The notes: a model not told the origin generated them from the letters alone. DNA of 64,000 nt from a candidate division FCPU426 bacterium (GCA_963840035.1 CAWIXE010000002.1:1643680-1707679), one strand, 5' to 3'; shown: positions 18,931-29,331, counted from the stretch's first letter. Numbers and translations are program-made.

Positions 18931-21366
18931 TCAGATTTTATCCATGCAATCCGCGGGATTACCGCGCGCCGTGGCATATATGGTTATCATGTCGTTCATC
19001 CACGCAAGGTATTCGTCAAACCTTAAGAACGGCAGCCTCGCGGCCTTGACATAAAAACATATGGTCCCGGCGCCGTTATTGGGTATATTTGCAAGGTCCC
19101 AGTAAATTATGGAATAACTTCCGTCCGGCACTATGGTCTGCCCTGCTGTATCCGTCCCGACATAATCGCATACAAGCGGGATTGTGTCCCATATCCTGAA
19201 GCTGGCTGTGCTGCCGGTGGTATTTTTGTAATTAAGACAGTAAGTAAATGTCTCCCCGAGCATAATTGTATTTTTGGAGATTGTCTTCGTCAGCTGGACC
19301 ACTATCGGAAGCGGCGTGCTGGTTAAAGTCGGCGTCAGCGTCGGGGAAACCGTTATTGTCGGGGTGATGGTGGGCGAAGCGCAGATGCCCCCCGCGTTAA
19401 TCATATCCACCGTGGAAACCGCGGCAGGCGTCGCCTGCAGTATGCTCGCATTATTGTGCCAGGTACAGCAGTTCTTTGTCGTCTCGTGCAGGCGCATCGG
19501 TATATCCAGGCACGCGCCATTGCCGAATCCGGGAGATTCAAAGTATATCGTGTAAGTCACTGTATTTCCGGAATTATTGTTGACATAATGGTTGATTCCC
19601 GCAACTCCCGGGTTTGTCCAGTTTGGGCCATCATATTGAAAAACGTCGGTCGAAGACGAAAAATCGTCAAGTACATCTATGGTCCCTGACGTCACTACGC
19701 CTCCGGTATTACAGATATGGAGGGTAAATGTAAGCAGGTCTCCGACGGCGATATTTGATGTTTTATTTGCCGTCTTGGATATAGACCATACCGGAGGAAG
19801 CGGTGTCGGGGTGCAAAGGTCAGCCATATTAACGGAGGTAAATACCGTGGGTGAGGCGAAATAACTGAGCGAGGCGTTATTCACCCAACTGCAGCTCCCG
19901 ATGTTTTTTGTCTGCATATTGGCGCCCAGTGGTATGTCCACGCAGCCCGTGAATCCCGGCTGTTCAAAAACAATATCGATTGTCGCCTGCCTGGTCCCCC
20001 TGTTTATGTTGATATGGTCAATCCCGGGGGCGGGGTCGCCGTAATAAGTATTATAAAGCCAGTTCCAGTTGTCGTTGTTGGAGGAAAAATCATCAAATAT
20101 TTGTGCCGTACCTGACCATGCGGGGCCGCCTGTATTGCACAGGTGAAGGTTATAGGATATATTGTCACCCTGCACGATCCCGGTTGTCTTGCTCGCTGTC
20201 TTTATAAGCGTCAGGTTAGGCGGCGGCGGGCAGTAATTATTCAGTGTCACCGTCGCCTCTTTTATCGGTTCAGCTAAATATGCGAGGTCAGCCACGTTAT
20301 GCCATGTGGCGCAGAATGTAGGCATGCCGTTATTTATGCCGATGAAAAATTGATAATCATAACAGGTGTTGGCCGGGAACCCGTCAGAAAATGTGATATC
20401 AACGCCTTTGGCCACAGTTGCCGCGATGATCTTGCCCATGTTACCGTCCGTGTAAGTCCATGGCCCCTTATATTCCCAGCTGTCTGAAGTATCGCTCCAT
20501 AGGTCATGTATCACTACCGGCGTGCCTCCGGTGCCGCCGCCGGTATTGCACACGCGCACGACGAACGTTATTGAGTACGGCGTATTCTGACCTATCGCAG
20601 AAACAGGCGTCGCGAATTTCGTGATGGAGAAAATAGGCGGAGGCATGGTAGGCTGCGGTGTCATATCAAACCCCTGCCTGAAATACAGTACATGGCAGTC
20701 AGTTTTCGGGTAAGAGGCCGCCCAGCTTTGCGCGTGGAGCACGCTGTGCGTGCGCGGGTCCTGAAGCCTTTTTCCCCATTTTTGGGTTGTCATGTCTACC
20801 GGATCGACCCATGAAAGCCCTGAACCGGCCTGGTTATATAATGTCTCGTACCAGTTGTACCCACCGGAAGGAGGAGGCGTAAGTCCGGGCTTGGCGCAAG
20901 TCGGATCGTCATACATTTTTATGCCGGCATCATCGCTTGATACGTATACATGCGCTCCTGAAGGTGTCGTGCATGTGATATCGAGCGACCAGGACGCCCA
21001 CACCTCATCCATGGCTGTATTCTGGTTCTTTACCGCGATATAATTATTCGTATTCGTAAGCGCGTTCATCTGCGCGGCGTCCAGGTCTATGCAAAGCGGC
21101 TGGCATCCCGCGTTCCCGGAATCGCAATAAGGGAAATTCCCGATCAGGTTGCCGTTAATCCATATGTCCGCGTAATCATCCACAGCGGCGCACATCCTTG
21201 CGGAACTCGGCGCGCACGTGGATGCTGCGCCCACTGGTGAAACGTTAAACAGGGTTATGAGTGCGAAAAGCAAAAGAACCACGAGGTATTTGTGTTCTTT
21301 GCGAGGAGCAGCTTTAAAATAATTAAAATAATTTTTTGAAGGTATCATTTTAATCCCCTCTTTCAT
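18931..21366 (-). CDS. Secreted protein C: jelly-roll domain + DUF11-like repeats, paralog of the protein A N-terminus
   Basis: Signal peptide; AAVDDYADIWING...NYIAV; repeated KTA.KT....GD...Y.L..CNTGG; start may be 21348 (GAGGGG RBS). Confidence 0.85.
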   Translation of the reverse strand: MKEGIKMIPSKNYFNYFKAAPRKEHKYLVVLLLFALITLFNVSPVGAASTCAPSSARMCAAVDDYADIWINGNLIGNFPYCDSGNAGCQPLCIDLDAAQMNALTNTNNYIAVKNQNTAMDEVWASWSLDITCTTPSGAHVYVSSDDAGIKMYDDPTCAKPGLTPPPSGGYNWYETLYNQAGSGLSWVDPVDMTTQKWGKRLQDPRTHSVLHAQSWAASYPKTDCHVLYFRQGFDMTPQPTMPPPIFSITKFATPVSAIGQNTPYSITFVVRVCNTGGGTGGTPVVIHDLWSDTSDSWEYKGPWTYTDGNMGKIIAATVAKGVDITFSDGFPANTCYDYQFFIGINNGMPTFCATWHNVADLAYLAEPIKEATVTLNNYCPPPPNLTLIKTASKTTGIVQGDNISYNLHLCNTGGPAWSGTAQIFDDFSSNNDNWNWLYNTYYGDPAPGIDHININRGTRQATIDIVFEQPGFTGCVDIPLGANMQTKNIGSCSWVNNASLSYFASPTVFTSVNMADLCTPTPLPPVWSISKTANKTSNIAVGDLLTFTLHICNTGGVVTSGTIDVLDDFSSSTDVFQYDGPNWTNPGVAGINHYVNNNSGNTVTYTIYFESPGFGNGACLDIPMRLHETTKNCCTWHNNASILQATPAAVSTVDMINAGGICASPTITPTITVSPTLTPTLTSTPLPIVVQLTKTISKNTIMLGETFTYCLNYKNTTGSTASFRIWDTIPLVCDYVGTDTAGQTIVPDGSYSIIYWDLANIPNNGAGTICFYVKAARLPFLRFDEYLAWMNDMITIYATARGNPADCMDKI

Positions 21367-21388
21367 CCCGCTTTTATTTGTTACCTAA

Positions 21389-21520
21389 ATTATAAGTCCA
21401 TAGTGCCATTTAGTCAATAAAAAGCGGCTTTTGAACCAGTTCAAGTTTAATCGGTTAACCCGAGTATTTACTGTGAAAGAGCAATGTTTCTTTTTTATTC
21501 ATCGGAAAAAACCGGTTCAA
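21389..21520 (-). promoter_or_regulatory. Promoter of the C-B operon with upstream palindromic operators
   Basis: TTGACT-N17-TATAAT (21417-21389); TTGAACCAGTTCAA 21431-21444; TTAATCGGTTAA 21447-21458; AAAACCGGTTCAA 21508-21520. Confidence 0.7.
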
Positions 21521-21711
21521 CTTGACGTTTTCTTGCAAATTTCACATTTCCCCTTCTTATTAGTTAGACACGGAATTAATAAAAATGTTGCCATAAATAT
21601 TTGTAATCCACGTCACAATCCCAAAAAACGGGGAATATAAAATCAAAATATCGGCAAAACAGGTTTTTTTGTTGCTGTGGATAAGTTGAGTTTTGGAGGT
21701 TTTTGAAATAC

Positions 21712-21821
21712 GAATTTTGAATTTTCAATTTGATATTTTCAATTTAATTCAAAACATAATTCAGACAACTCATATTTTTTGGTTTTTTAATTGAAAATCG
21801 AAAATTTAAAATTGAAAATTA
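21712..21821. repeat. AT-rich heptamer inverted repeat (TTTTCAA/TTGAAAA units) at the 3' end of tamB
   Basis: AATTTTGAATTTTCAATTTGATATTTTCAATT ... AATTGAAAATCGAAAATTTAAAATTGAAAATT. Confidence 0.7.
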
Positions 21822-24800
21822 CTTAATAACCGCCGTCGGCGTTACAGCCGCAGGGGTTGGTTTCGCTCCCCAGCTGTCGAAGGATGTGCCTATCTCTATG
21901 CCGACCTTGCCTTCTACCGCGCTGTCCTTGTATAAGTTCTGGTCCCTGAATATCCCCTCTGCCACGAGTTTTGACGCGTTGTTCAGCGTCCACTCGGCGC
22001 CAACCTTCTGCTCCACGGAAAACTGGCCGAACTGGTTTGTAACGTCTATTAATTTCGGCCTGTATTCAAAATACACGTCTCCGAAACTTTTTCCCAGCCC
22101 AAGCTCAAGTTCAGGCGTGTCTGTAATCCTGCCCGGTTCCGTTTTATTTCCTGAACCGCCCGCGAGCTTTTCCATGTTCTTTACTTTTATATCCAGCACA
22201 TCCAGCGGCGTCCAGTTCTTTATGGTTTCCGCCCCGCCTTTGAACCATGAATTGGCGAAGATGTTTATGTATTTATACGCGTCCTCAAGCTTCATGGTGT
22301 TTGTGGGGCCCACGCCGAAGGTAAGAACGTATAAAAGAATATCCCTGTTGTATGAAGGCTCGGACATCAGGTCAAGCTTTACATCCCCGACCCTGCCGTA
22401 GAACCTGGCTATTATGCTTAAGTCTATATTTTTATTCATACTCATAGTCCCTTTAAGTCCTCCCGCGTCCCCGTATGTGCCGCTCATGTCTATCTTCTTC
22501 ATTGTAGTCTTAGCCCACACGTCAAGCAGCGCCCTGCGGTCGCCGTCAAAGTTAACCTTTGACTGCCGTGTGGTATCAAGGTTGAATTCGGTATTCATGT
22601 ATTTGTAAGTCCCTTTTGCCACGCCCACTGTGCCGAATATCTTCATGTCGGTCCCGCGGCCAAGCACCTTTACCGGTCCGTTATCAAACTTCAGGGTCAT
22701 ATCCGCGAAATTATTGAAATAATTTTTATAGTAACGAACATTATCCCCGCCTGTTATCTGCGCGTCCCAGTTTATCTTAAGGGCGTAATTATCCTTGATA
22801 GAGGATTTTTCTCCCGACTTGTCAAATACATTTGCCGGATAGACAAACCTCGTGTTCTCAAAATCAATCGTGCCTTTTATGTCCGGAGAGTCAAGCAGCC
22901 CGGTCATCTCCAGATTTAAATCCGCGTCCCCTGATAAAAATTCCATATACGGGGTGTCTGTAAAACGCGCCCTGTCGCCTATATTAGTTATTCTCCAGTT
23001 AACCTCATAAATCTTCATAAGCCGCATCGTGCCGCCTTTTTTCTCATTCAAGTTCGCGATTTTTATGGTGCCTCTTTCGGTATCGCCCCTCAGGTTATAA
23101 ATATCAATTATGTTATCCTTCACCAGCAGGTTCGCGTATATGTTCTTAAGCTCCTTAAAGAGGTATTTTAATTTTACCTCGCCGTCAGTCACGCTTACCT
23201 TGCCGGTTACCGACGGGAACTCCTTGGTGCCTTTAATAGCCAGGTCCACATCAAGCTTGCCCGAAGCGTCGTCAACAAACTTCAGGAACTTTATGATGGA
23301 AAGATCGCCTTCCTTAATCTTAGCTTTAATATCAAGTTCCTCGCCCTTCATCCTCTCGGCGTCCTCCGGGGTGTCCGGAACAGGCACTTTTCCCGTAACC
23401 TTTATTGTATACTTGCCTTCCTTGATGACAGTCATGGGGTCCACGGGCGATAAATCCACATAATTATTCTTTTTAGTAATTAAAAGCGTGGCAATGTCAA
23501 ATGGCACGCCGTCGCCCGAGCCGTTAATGAGCGTGGCTGAAATGACAAAATTAATGCCTTTTGTGGGGTTTCCGGTCAGCTTTACAAGGGCGTTACCCGT
23601 GCCGGTCCATTTGTGGTCCCAGTTAAGCATGTCATTGGCAAACTGCGCCTCGGCGTTTTTGACCGACACATTCAGGGCCGAATCCCCGTCTTTACGCAGG
23701 TCTATAAATCCGGCTCCGTCTATGAGCCTGTTGTCATTTGCGTCGTCCACAGTGCACTCCGCGAATTCTATTTTATCCCTGCCCAGGCGTATGTCCGCGC
23801 TTAATTTTGATTTTCCCTGGCTGGTCTTTAACAGCAGCCTGTCCTTGTTAAAATCTATTTTTATGAGGAACCCGCCGAAGGTGTGTTTTCTGAAACCGAA
23901 GTTCTGCGAACCGATGGAACCGTCTATGTGGACGTCTTTTTCCGTATCAATGGACCCGAAGAAGTTCACGTCTCCGTTAAGCGGGAAGCCCTGCCATACG
24001 AAATCCTTCATCTGCGTCTTAATGGTGGCGTAGTAGTTATTGTCGCCTTTTATCTCAAATTCAGAACCGTCAAGCTTTAAGAAACTGTTCTTGTATTCAA
24101 GCTTTCCGGTAGTCAGCGATATCTTCTTATCCTTGAATGCATAATCCGCGGTAATCGTGTCAAAGGGCATGTCAAAGACTTTTCCGGCGGCCAGCGTGAC
24201 GCTTCCGCTGCTTGCGAGCTTGTCCGTGGTGCCCCTTATCTCGCCTGAGCCGTTTATACGGCCTTTGTCCTTGAAATTCTTTTCAAATATGGAGAAGAAA
24301 TTATTTATGTCCAGGTTGACGGCATTATACTTAAACGACATGTCTGCCAGGTTATAAAACCCTTTTTTCCGCTCAATCCTTACCACTCCGTTGGCGCTTA
24401 TGCTTCCCTGCGGCTGGGTAATGGCGCCTGATACTGCCGCGCTGTTCAGCGGGCCTTTTACCGCGAACTCGCCCTTAAGCAGCGCATCTTTCCCCAGCGG
24501 CTGGTCCCGGAGCCCCAGCAGCATGTACACGCCATAGAGGTCCGCGTCTTTTAAACGAATGCCCGCGCTTATCTCAGGGACATCGCCTTTCGCGTCGACC
24601 GACGCCTCCGCGTAGTACTCAGTGCCCCATTTGAACTTGAATTCCGGTATGTTAAAGCCTTCCGTCCTTAAGTTCGCTTCCAGGTCATCCTGCGGTTTGC
24701 CGTTAAAAACAAGATCCGTAAACTTAACCTGGCTGTCGGAAAAACTTCCGTCAGCCGCGAGGTTCAATGCCATTATATATGAAACGTTGCCGCCCGCGGT

Positions 24801-26564
24801 CAGCTTGTCGTTCACGCTGAAGTTCTCAAGTTTTCCCGTTATTGACGTTTCTATCTTCTCCTCGTTAACAACTGAAAACCCGCCTCCAAGTTTTAATAAG
24901 CCTTCCTTTTGTTTTACCTCAAAACGGTTTATATTAAAGACATTCCCCTGGCCTGACATTTCCAGTTTCGCGCTTTTATTCGCGCCTTTAGCATACTGCG
25001 CTTCCAGCGTCACATTTCCGCCATAACCGGCCGATTCCTTTTTCACCAGTATTTTCCCGCCTATTAAAGAGCCGTCAAATATTTTGGTTCCCGTTATCTC
25101 GCTTATGACATCGCCCTTTAAATCCTTAACATCAAAATTAACGTCAAATATCTTTTTCTTAAGGGAGAATTCACCCGCGCCTTTTAAGCTGTCATTGAAA
25201 TTAATCTCGTTTATTTTGATCAGGTTGCCGCCATAATGCACCCCTGCGTAAAGCCTGTACGTCGCGCCCCTTATGCTAAGCCCGTCCATATTCAGGTTCA
25301 CATCCACCACGGGCACAGCCGTGGTCCCCCTTATGAACACGCCGCCTTTGACTATGCCGTCGACTTCCTTACCCTGAAGGTATCCTATTGAAAGGTCTGA
25401 GAGCATTATGTTCGCGAAAATGACCGCGAGGTCCACAGAGCCGTCTTTTCCGCTTATTTTACCTGAAGCGGTAACCAGCTCCGACCCGGAATTGCTCAGC
25501 CCGGCGTTGTCCAGCTTTAAGATGCCGTCCTTTAATGTGGCTTTCAACGCGAGGCTTAAAGCCCTGTATTTTCTGTAAGCCATTGAAGCGCTTCCCGTTA
25601 TCCGCTCACCCGCAAGCGCTACGGCACCGGTGAAATTCTCAACATTATTAAGGCCATATTTAAATACCGGCGACTTGACTGAAACTGCTATCTCCGGTTT
25701 TTCCGTGCTCCCCGACACCTTCAAACCCAGGTCAACTTTTCCCGAAAAATCCTTTGCCCCTGCCAGTTCACCGGCGTCAATACCGTCAACCTTAAATGAT
25801 AAACCGGCCTTTTTTATCTTCGGGTCAAGCGAATATTCCCCGCTGCCGGAAAACGCCCCGGAACCTATTTTCCCTTCTACGGCGTTAAGTTTTACAATCC
25901 CGCCTGTCAATCCCGCTTTAATTGACATGCCCTGTATTGCCATCCCGCGCAGATATCCTGCCGCGCATGAGATTACTGCCTGCGCCTCATATTTTTTCAG
26001 GCTTCCTTTGGCTGTCACAACAGCCTGCGCAGTCCCTGATGCCGCTCCCGGCAAGGCCGCGGAAAGGTCGACGTCTCCCACCTTCAGCGAAGCGTCAAAA
26101 GCCATATCCGTAAAAACTTTTTTTACTGAACCTTTTATCCTGCCTGAACCGCCATACAGTGAAAAACCGGCGCGTTTGATATTAATCGAGTCATTATTCA
26201 CCTCAAGCGTGGCATTTATATCTTTTACCGGCACATTTCCCTTAATTATGATATCCCCGTTGCTTAAGCCAAAGTATCCGTACACTGAAAGGTCGCCGGG
26301 CCTTAAACCGCTCCCCGACAACGACGCTGCCGCCGAAAAATTGCCGCTGTTTATGGAATAATCCACCGGTGATAACAAATAAGCGCCCCAGTCATTTAAG
26401 GCCGCGTCGCGGATCTCCACGTTTCCCCTGAATGACTTCCTTGCCAGGTAATAGTCCACATCAAGCTTTAAATTGTTGCGGGGGCTGTCCTTTGTTTTGC
26501 CCTGCAGTTCAACCTGCAGCATCATGGTCTTTTCCTTTAATGACACCTGGCCCGAGAGCGAATC
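21819..26564 (-). CDS. tamB: TamB/AsmA-like translocation and assembly module protein, 5'-truncated at the junction
   Basis: Over 1550 aa of Gly-rich beta-taco repeats (G.L..P.I.G), C-terminal DUF490-like region; the first ~20 aa of the listed ORF come from the foreign high-GC segment. Confidence 0.8.
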   Translation of the reverse strand, partial: DSLSGQVSLKEKTMMLQVELQGKTKDSPRNNLKLDVDYYLARKSFRGNVEIRDAALNDWGAYLLSPVDYSINSGNFSAAASLSGSGLRPGDLSVYGYFGLSNGDIIIKGNVPVKDINATLEVNNDSINIKRAGFSLYGGSGRIKGSVKKVFTDMAFDASLKVGDVDLSAALPGAASGTAQAVVTAKGSLKKYEAQAVISCAAGYLRGMAIQGMSIKAGLTGGIVKLNAVEGKIGSGAFSGSGEYSLDPKIKKAGLSFKVDGIDAGELAGAKDFSGKVDLGLKVSGSTEKPEIAVSVKSPVFKYGLNNVENFTGAVALAGERITGSASMAYRKYRALSLALKATLKDGILKLDNAGLSNSGSELVTASGKISGKDGSVDLAVIFANIMLSDLSIGYLQGKEVDGIVKGGVFIRGTTAVPVVDVNLNMDGLSIRGATYRLYAGVHYGGNLIKINEINFNDSLKGAGEFSLKKKIFDVNFDVKDLKGDVISEITGTKIFDGSLIGGKILVKKESAGYGGNVTLEAQYAKGANKSAKLEMSGQGNVFNINRFEVKQKEGLLKLGGGFSVVNEEKIETSITGKLENFSVNDKLTAGGNVSYIMALNLAADGSFSDSQVKFTDLVFNGKPQDDLEANLRTEGFNIPEFKFKWGTEYYAEASVDAKGDVPEISAGIRLKDADLYGVYMLLGLRDQPLGKDALLKGEFAVKGPLNSAAVSGAITQPQGSISANGVVRIERKKGFYNLADMSFKYNAVNLDINNFFSIFEKNFKDKGRINGSGEIRGTTDKLASSGSVTLAAGKVFDMPFDTITADYAFKDKKISLTTGKLEYKNSFLKLDGSEFEIKGDNNYYATIKTQMKDFVWQGFPLNGDVNFFGSIDTEKDVHIDGSIGSQNFGFRKHTFGGFLIKIDFNKDRLLLKTSQGKSKLSADIRLGRDKIEFAECTVDDANDNRLIDGAGFIDLRKDGDSALNVSVKNAEAQFANDMLNWDHKWTGTGNALVKLTGNPTKGINFVISATLINGSGDGVPFDIATLLITKKNNYVDLSPVDPMTVIKEGKYTIKVTGKVPVPDTPEDAERMKGEELDIKAKIKEGDLSIIKFLKFVDDASGKLDVDLAIKGTKEFPSVTGKVSVTDGEVKLKYLFKELKNIYANLLVKDNIIDIYNLRGDTERGTIKIANLNEKKGGTMRLMKIYEVNWRITNIGDRARFTDTPYMEFLSGDADLNLEMTGLLDSPDIKGTIDFENTRFVYPANVFDKSGEKSSIKDNYALKINWDAQITGGDNVRYYKNYFNNFADMTLKFDNGPVKVLGRGTDMKIFGTVGVAKGTYKYMNTEFNLDTTRQSKVNFDGDRRALLDVWAKTTMKKIDMSGTYGDAGGLKGTMSMNKNIDLSIIARFYGRVGDVKLDLMSEPSYNRDILLYVLTFGVGPTNTMKLEDAYKYINIFANSWFKGGAETIKNWTPLDVLDIKVKNMEKLAGGSGNKTEPGRITDTPELELGLGKSFGDVYFEYRPKLIDVTNQFGQFSVEQKVGAEWTLNNASKLVAEGIFRDQNLYKDSAVEGKVGIEIGTSFDSWGAKPTPAAVTPTAVIK

Positions 26565-26570
26565 AGGTCG
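26555..26570. other. Abrupt junction between two unrelated genomes (chimera or concatenation)
   Basis: GC and codon style change sharply; tamB (-) and a thioesterase (+) both lose their 5' ends at the same point. Confidence 0.9.
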
Positions 26571-27381
26571 CCATCCTTGCGGACGGTCCCCTGGGCTGCG
26601 CCATCCAGACACTGCTACCGCCGGCAACCGGCTACACGACGACCGAGCTGTCCATCAATCTCGTCCACCCGGTGCCGAGAAGCGGGCATCTGATCGCTAG
26701 GGCTCGGGTGGTCCACGGTGGGAGACGGATGGCGCTGTCGGAGGTCTCAGTCACCGACGACGATGGGAGGTTGATTGCCCACGGAACCTCGCGATGCGTG
26801 ATCTTCCCGCCGGTGCCAGATGTTCCGCTACCACCTGCGGAGATACCCGTCCTGGAGACCGAAGACGATGGTTGGATACCGCCATACCAGCGACCGGTAC
26901 AGGGTGTAGTACTGGATCAGGAGATATGGGCAAGCCGAAGCAGGCGTTGATTGCCGGCGAACTCCCCTGGCCGCCGATCAGTCATCTAATGGGCATGGGA
27001 CCCACTGAAGCGAGCGAAGGGAGTTGCGCTTTCACAATGCCGACCAGCCCCTGGTTGGCCTCGCCGAGTGGCTTTGTTCTAGGTGGTGCGACGGCGTGTC
27101 TCGCGGACGTGGTGCTCGGAGCAGCGATTCAGACAACTGTCCCAGCAGGGACGGCATTGGCCCCAACGGATCTGCGGGTTCAGTTCATTCGGCCCGTCCC
27201 ACCCGACGGGGGACTGATCACCGCACGGGCCGAAGTGGTACACCGAGGCCGGGGAATGGCCGTCAGCCGTGCTGAAGTGACGCATGAACAGGGCAAGCTC
27301 ATCGCTCTCGCTAGCGCTTCGGCCGTCATACCTCCTGGTCGGCGCTCTGATCTGGGCGATGCCGCACCCACCCTCGGCTAA
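26565..27381 (+). CDS. Double-hotdog PaaI-family thioesterase, 5'-truncated and frameshifted
   Basis: VAILADGPLGCAIQT...TTELSINLVHPV...HGGRR and a second domain GGATACLADVVLGAAIQT...DLRVQFIRPV. Confidence 0.8.
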
Positions 27382-27853
27382 CCGACTCCAGCGACGCAAC
27401 CGCAACCCTTCTGAGTGGGTGCGCCCCCGATGACCAGGAGCGAGGCGCTTATGACCGTGGCTGGTCGGTACTGTGAGGAAGCAACGGGGCACCGGGCAGA
27501 GCGATCGGAGGGAGATGATTCCTCCCCGCAGTGCAGGCGGTTTCCATAGTCGGATGCATGGTTCCGCTCACAAACCCACAGGAGCAAAACCACCAGTGGC
27601 CAGACGGATAACTGGCAACCGCAACTCGATGATCGTCCACAACGCCTCCTCCCGCCTCCGACCAATAGCCTCTCAGGAGTATCCGGGTATCTCCAGACGC
27701 CGGCTCAGGGAGGGTGATCTGGCAACGAGTGCTTGTTGACCGCGAGCTGCCACACTCCGGCACCTTTGGTGCGCCCCTACGCTCAGAATTGACCCGCTCG
27801 GTTGGCAGTTGCGATCGGTCCGCTCCAACGAAGCGACCCGCCCCTAAAGTCGG

Positions 27854-29080
27854 ATGATGACCTCTGTCGGCGACCCAACCATCACGGTGTACGGGGCCCC
27901 CTGGTGTCCCCATTGCAAGCGAGTGAAGAGGTTCCTCGCCGCCCACCGGGTCCCATACGACTACGTCGACATCGAAGGCCAGCCCGAGGCGATCGAGCGC
28001 CTCAAGGAGCTGCAAGATGGTGGACAAATCATTCCTATGGTCGAGTTTGGGGACGGAACTCACGAAGTGAACCCGAGCGACGAGTCCTTGGCCGCTCGCA
28101 TCGGCCTGGCAGTCGAGGCCGATCGGTCCGCGTACGACCTCGTCATCATCGGGGGCGGACCTGCCGGGTTGGCAGCCGCCATCTACGCCGCCCGGGAAGG
28201 AATCGACGCCATCGTCGTCGATGCCAGCGCACTCGGCGGCCAAGCCGGGATCAGTGATCGAATTGATAACTACCCGGGATTTCCTGACGGGATTTCGGGC
28301 GCAGAGCTGGCCGACCGCTTCGTCGCCCAGGCGCGTCGCTACGGGGTGGAACTCCTATCGGCGGTGTCGGTGACCGCCCTAGAGCACGACGGTCAAGACC
28401 TCGTGACGTCATTGTCGTCTGGCCAGAAGCTCACCTCGCACGCCGTGATCGTGGCCACGGGGTCGACGTATCGACGACTCGAGGTTCCTGGCGAGGAGGA
28501 ACTCATCGGTGCCGGCGTCCACTTCTGCGCCACCTGCGACGGGCCTTTCTACAAGGGAGCCGACGAAGTGGTCGTCATCGGAGGCGGCAACTCAGCCTTG
28601 GAGGAGGGGCTGCACCTGTCCGAGTTCGCAAATCGGGTACGGGTACTTGCCCGCTCTAGCCTGTCGGCCTCGCCGCTGCTTCAGGAGCGGGTTCTGGCTG
28701 ATCCCAAGTTCGACATTCATACGGGCGTCGATATCATTGAGCTGGAGGGCGAGCAGAGCAGATTCTCCGCTGTCGTGGTCAGAGATCGAGGCAGCGGCGC
28801 AATCCAACGGTTCCCTGCTGCCGCCGCCTTCGTGTTCATCGGACTCCATCCCAACAATGGCTTCCTCGGTGATGCCGTCGAGCGAGACGCCGGAGGGTTT
28901 CTCGTAACCAGTCCCACGATGGAAACCAATTTGGCCGGCGTGTTCGCCGCAGGCGACGTTCGTTCGGGTTCGACCAAGCAACTGGGTTCGGCGGTGGGCG
29001 AGGGGATCGCCGCTCTCCTCATGACCCGCCGGCACCTCGAAGCCAATAACCACAAGGCTGTGGCACTTGTCGACGCCTAA
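27854..29080 (+). CDS. trxB: Glutaredoxin-thioredoxin reductase fusion
   Basis: N-terminal Grx/NrdH-like WCPHC domain; GGGPAG, CATC redox motif, GGGNSA, FAAGDV. Confidence 0.88.
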   Translation: MMTSVGDPTITVYGAPWCPHCKRVKRFLAAHRVPYDYVDIEGQPEAIERLKELQDGGQIIPMVEFGDGTHEVNPSDESLAARIGLAVEADRSAYDLVIIGGGPAGLAAAIYAAREGIDAIVVDASALGGQAGISDRIDNYPGFPDGISGAELADRFVAQARRYGVELLSAVSVTALEHDGQDLVTSLSSGQKLTSHAVIVATGSTYRRLEVPGEEELIGAGVHFCATCDGPFYKGADEVVVIGGGNSALEEGLHLSEFANRVRVLARSSLSASPLLQERVLADPKFDIHTGVDIIELEGEQSRFSAVVVRDRGSGAIQRFPAAAAFVFIGLHPNNGFLGDAVERDAGGFLVTSPTMETNLAGVFAAGDVRSGSTKQLGSAVGEGIAALLMTRRHLEANNHKAVALVDA

Positions 29081-29331
29081 GTGAACCGCCGGATCCACTT
29101 CCGGGGCCTTGCCGTGGCGCATGGCGACGGGGCGAGGGTTGTTAGCTCGCTCTCGCTCCTCCGACCCCTACACACGTAGGCTTCCCGGCCCAATTCTCCG
29201 GGCGGCCGGCCAACCGAACTACTAGGGTCGCATCGAGGCGAGATTCGCTTCTTCCGCGGCCAAAGGCTGGCGGAATTCCCGGCGGCGGAAGCGGATGCGA
29301 GTCCGGCTTGCCTCGGCGGACAGGGGGAAAC

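Noticed and set aside
26432..26950. Apparent complete ORFs spanning the junction (tamB N-terminus MPAVAVSGW..., thioesterase N-terminus MTSLPGN...)
   Set aside because: Read-through into foreign sequence across the chimeric join; not real N-termini or a fusion
29228..29300. Known riboswitch upstream of the secreted protein
   Set aside because: Stems are possible, but I could not match any riboswitch consensus, and GC-rich DNA pairs easily by chance
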